Part shown: positions 63,792 through 64,000 of the stretch, piece after piece
Position numbering within the stretch: position 1 is the first letter of the stretch
How the letters are laid out: every line of letters starts with the position of its first letter
Translations under genes and position numbers: made by a program
The notes under the pieces: model-generated
The model's input: only the letters and a program-made list of their open reading frames with translations
What the model was told of the DNA's origin: nothing
Database searches by the model: none
Origin: Octopus sinensis
Lineage: Eukaryota
NCBI RefSeq assembly: GCF_006345805.1
Contig: NC_043013.1
Span: 41,230,001 to 41,294,000 of the forward strand
DNA: 64,000 nt
Reading direction: 5' to 3'

Positions 63792-64000
63792 TAATTTGAA
63801 AATTAGTGTCGACCAAACGGAAAATATCGTCTACAAAGAGGTTTTGCAATCATATTGATATTATCGAAATGAATATGATTCATAATTTAAATAAGGAAAT
63901 TTGTAAACTTCGAATATATAAAAAGATAAGCAAGCGTAAAATAGTGTAAACAACTAAAATAAAAGTATATCTGAAATAAATTTTTTTCCTTAATACTTTT

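Overview
Repeat-saturated, AT-rich animal genomic DNA with no complete protein-coding gene. By inference it is an octopus/coleoid cephalopod, judged from the tRNA/CORE-type SINEs and the extreme microsatellite load; this was not checked by a search. Almost every ORF in the supplied track is a microsatellite artefact. Recognisable content: many SINE copies of about four families; decayed RTE-like and CR1-like LINEs; a 5'-truncated Penelope-like element (RT + GIY-YIG); Tc1, mariner, pogo/Tigger, hAT, piggyBac-like and Helitron-like relics; several long hairpins/MITEs; and one weak candidate signal-peptide exon. The main result is a set of hammerhead ribozyme (HHR) elements on short units, mostly inserted in (TA)n tracts. 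(1) A near-identical tandem array of ~490-bp units (x4.25) at 46965-49043 carries a structurally complete type-I HHR in each full unit on the minus strand. The array's 5' end stops 11 nt short of the predicted cleavage site, in a short inversion. This is a retrozyme-like architecture. (2) A second, unrelated, apparently intact type-I HHR lies at 24925-25023. (3) A diverged relative of the array at ~52.3 kb has a covarying stem III. (4) A tRNA-headed SINE ends in a minimal HHR (39060-39340). (5) Several other HHR remnants are decayed. All ribozyme calls come from manual base-pairing and have not been tested experimentally.
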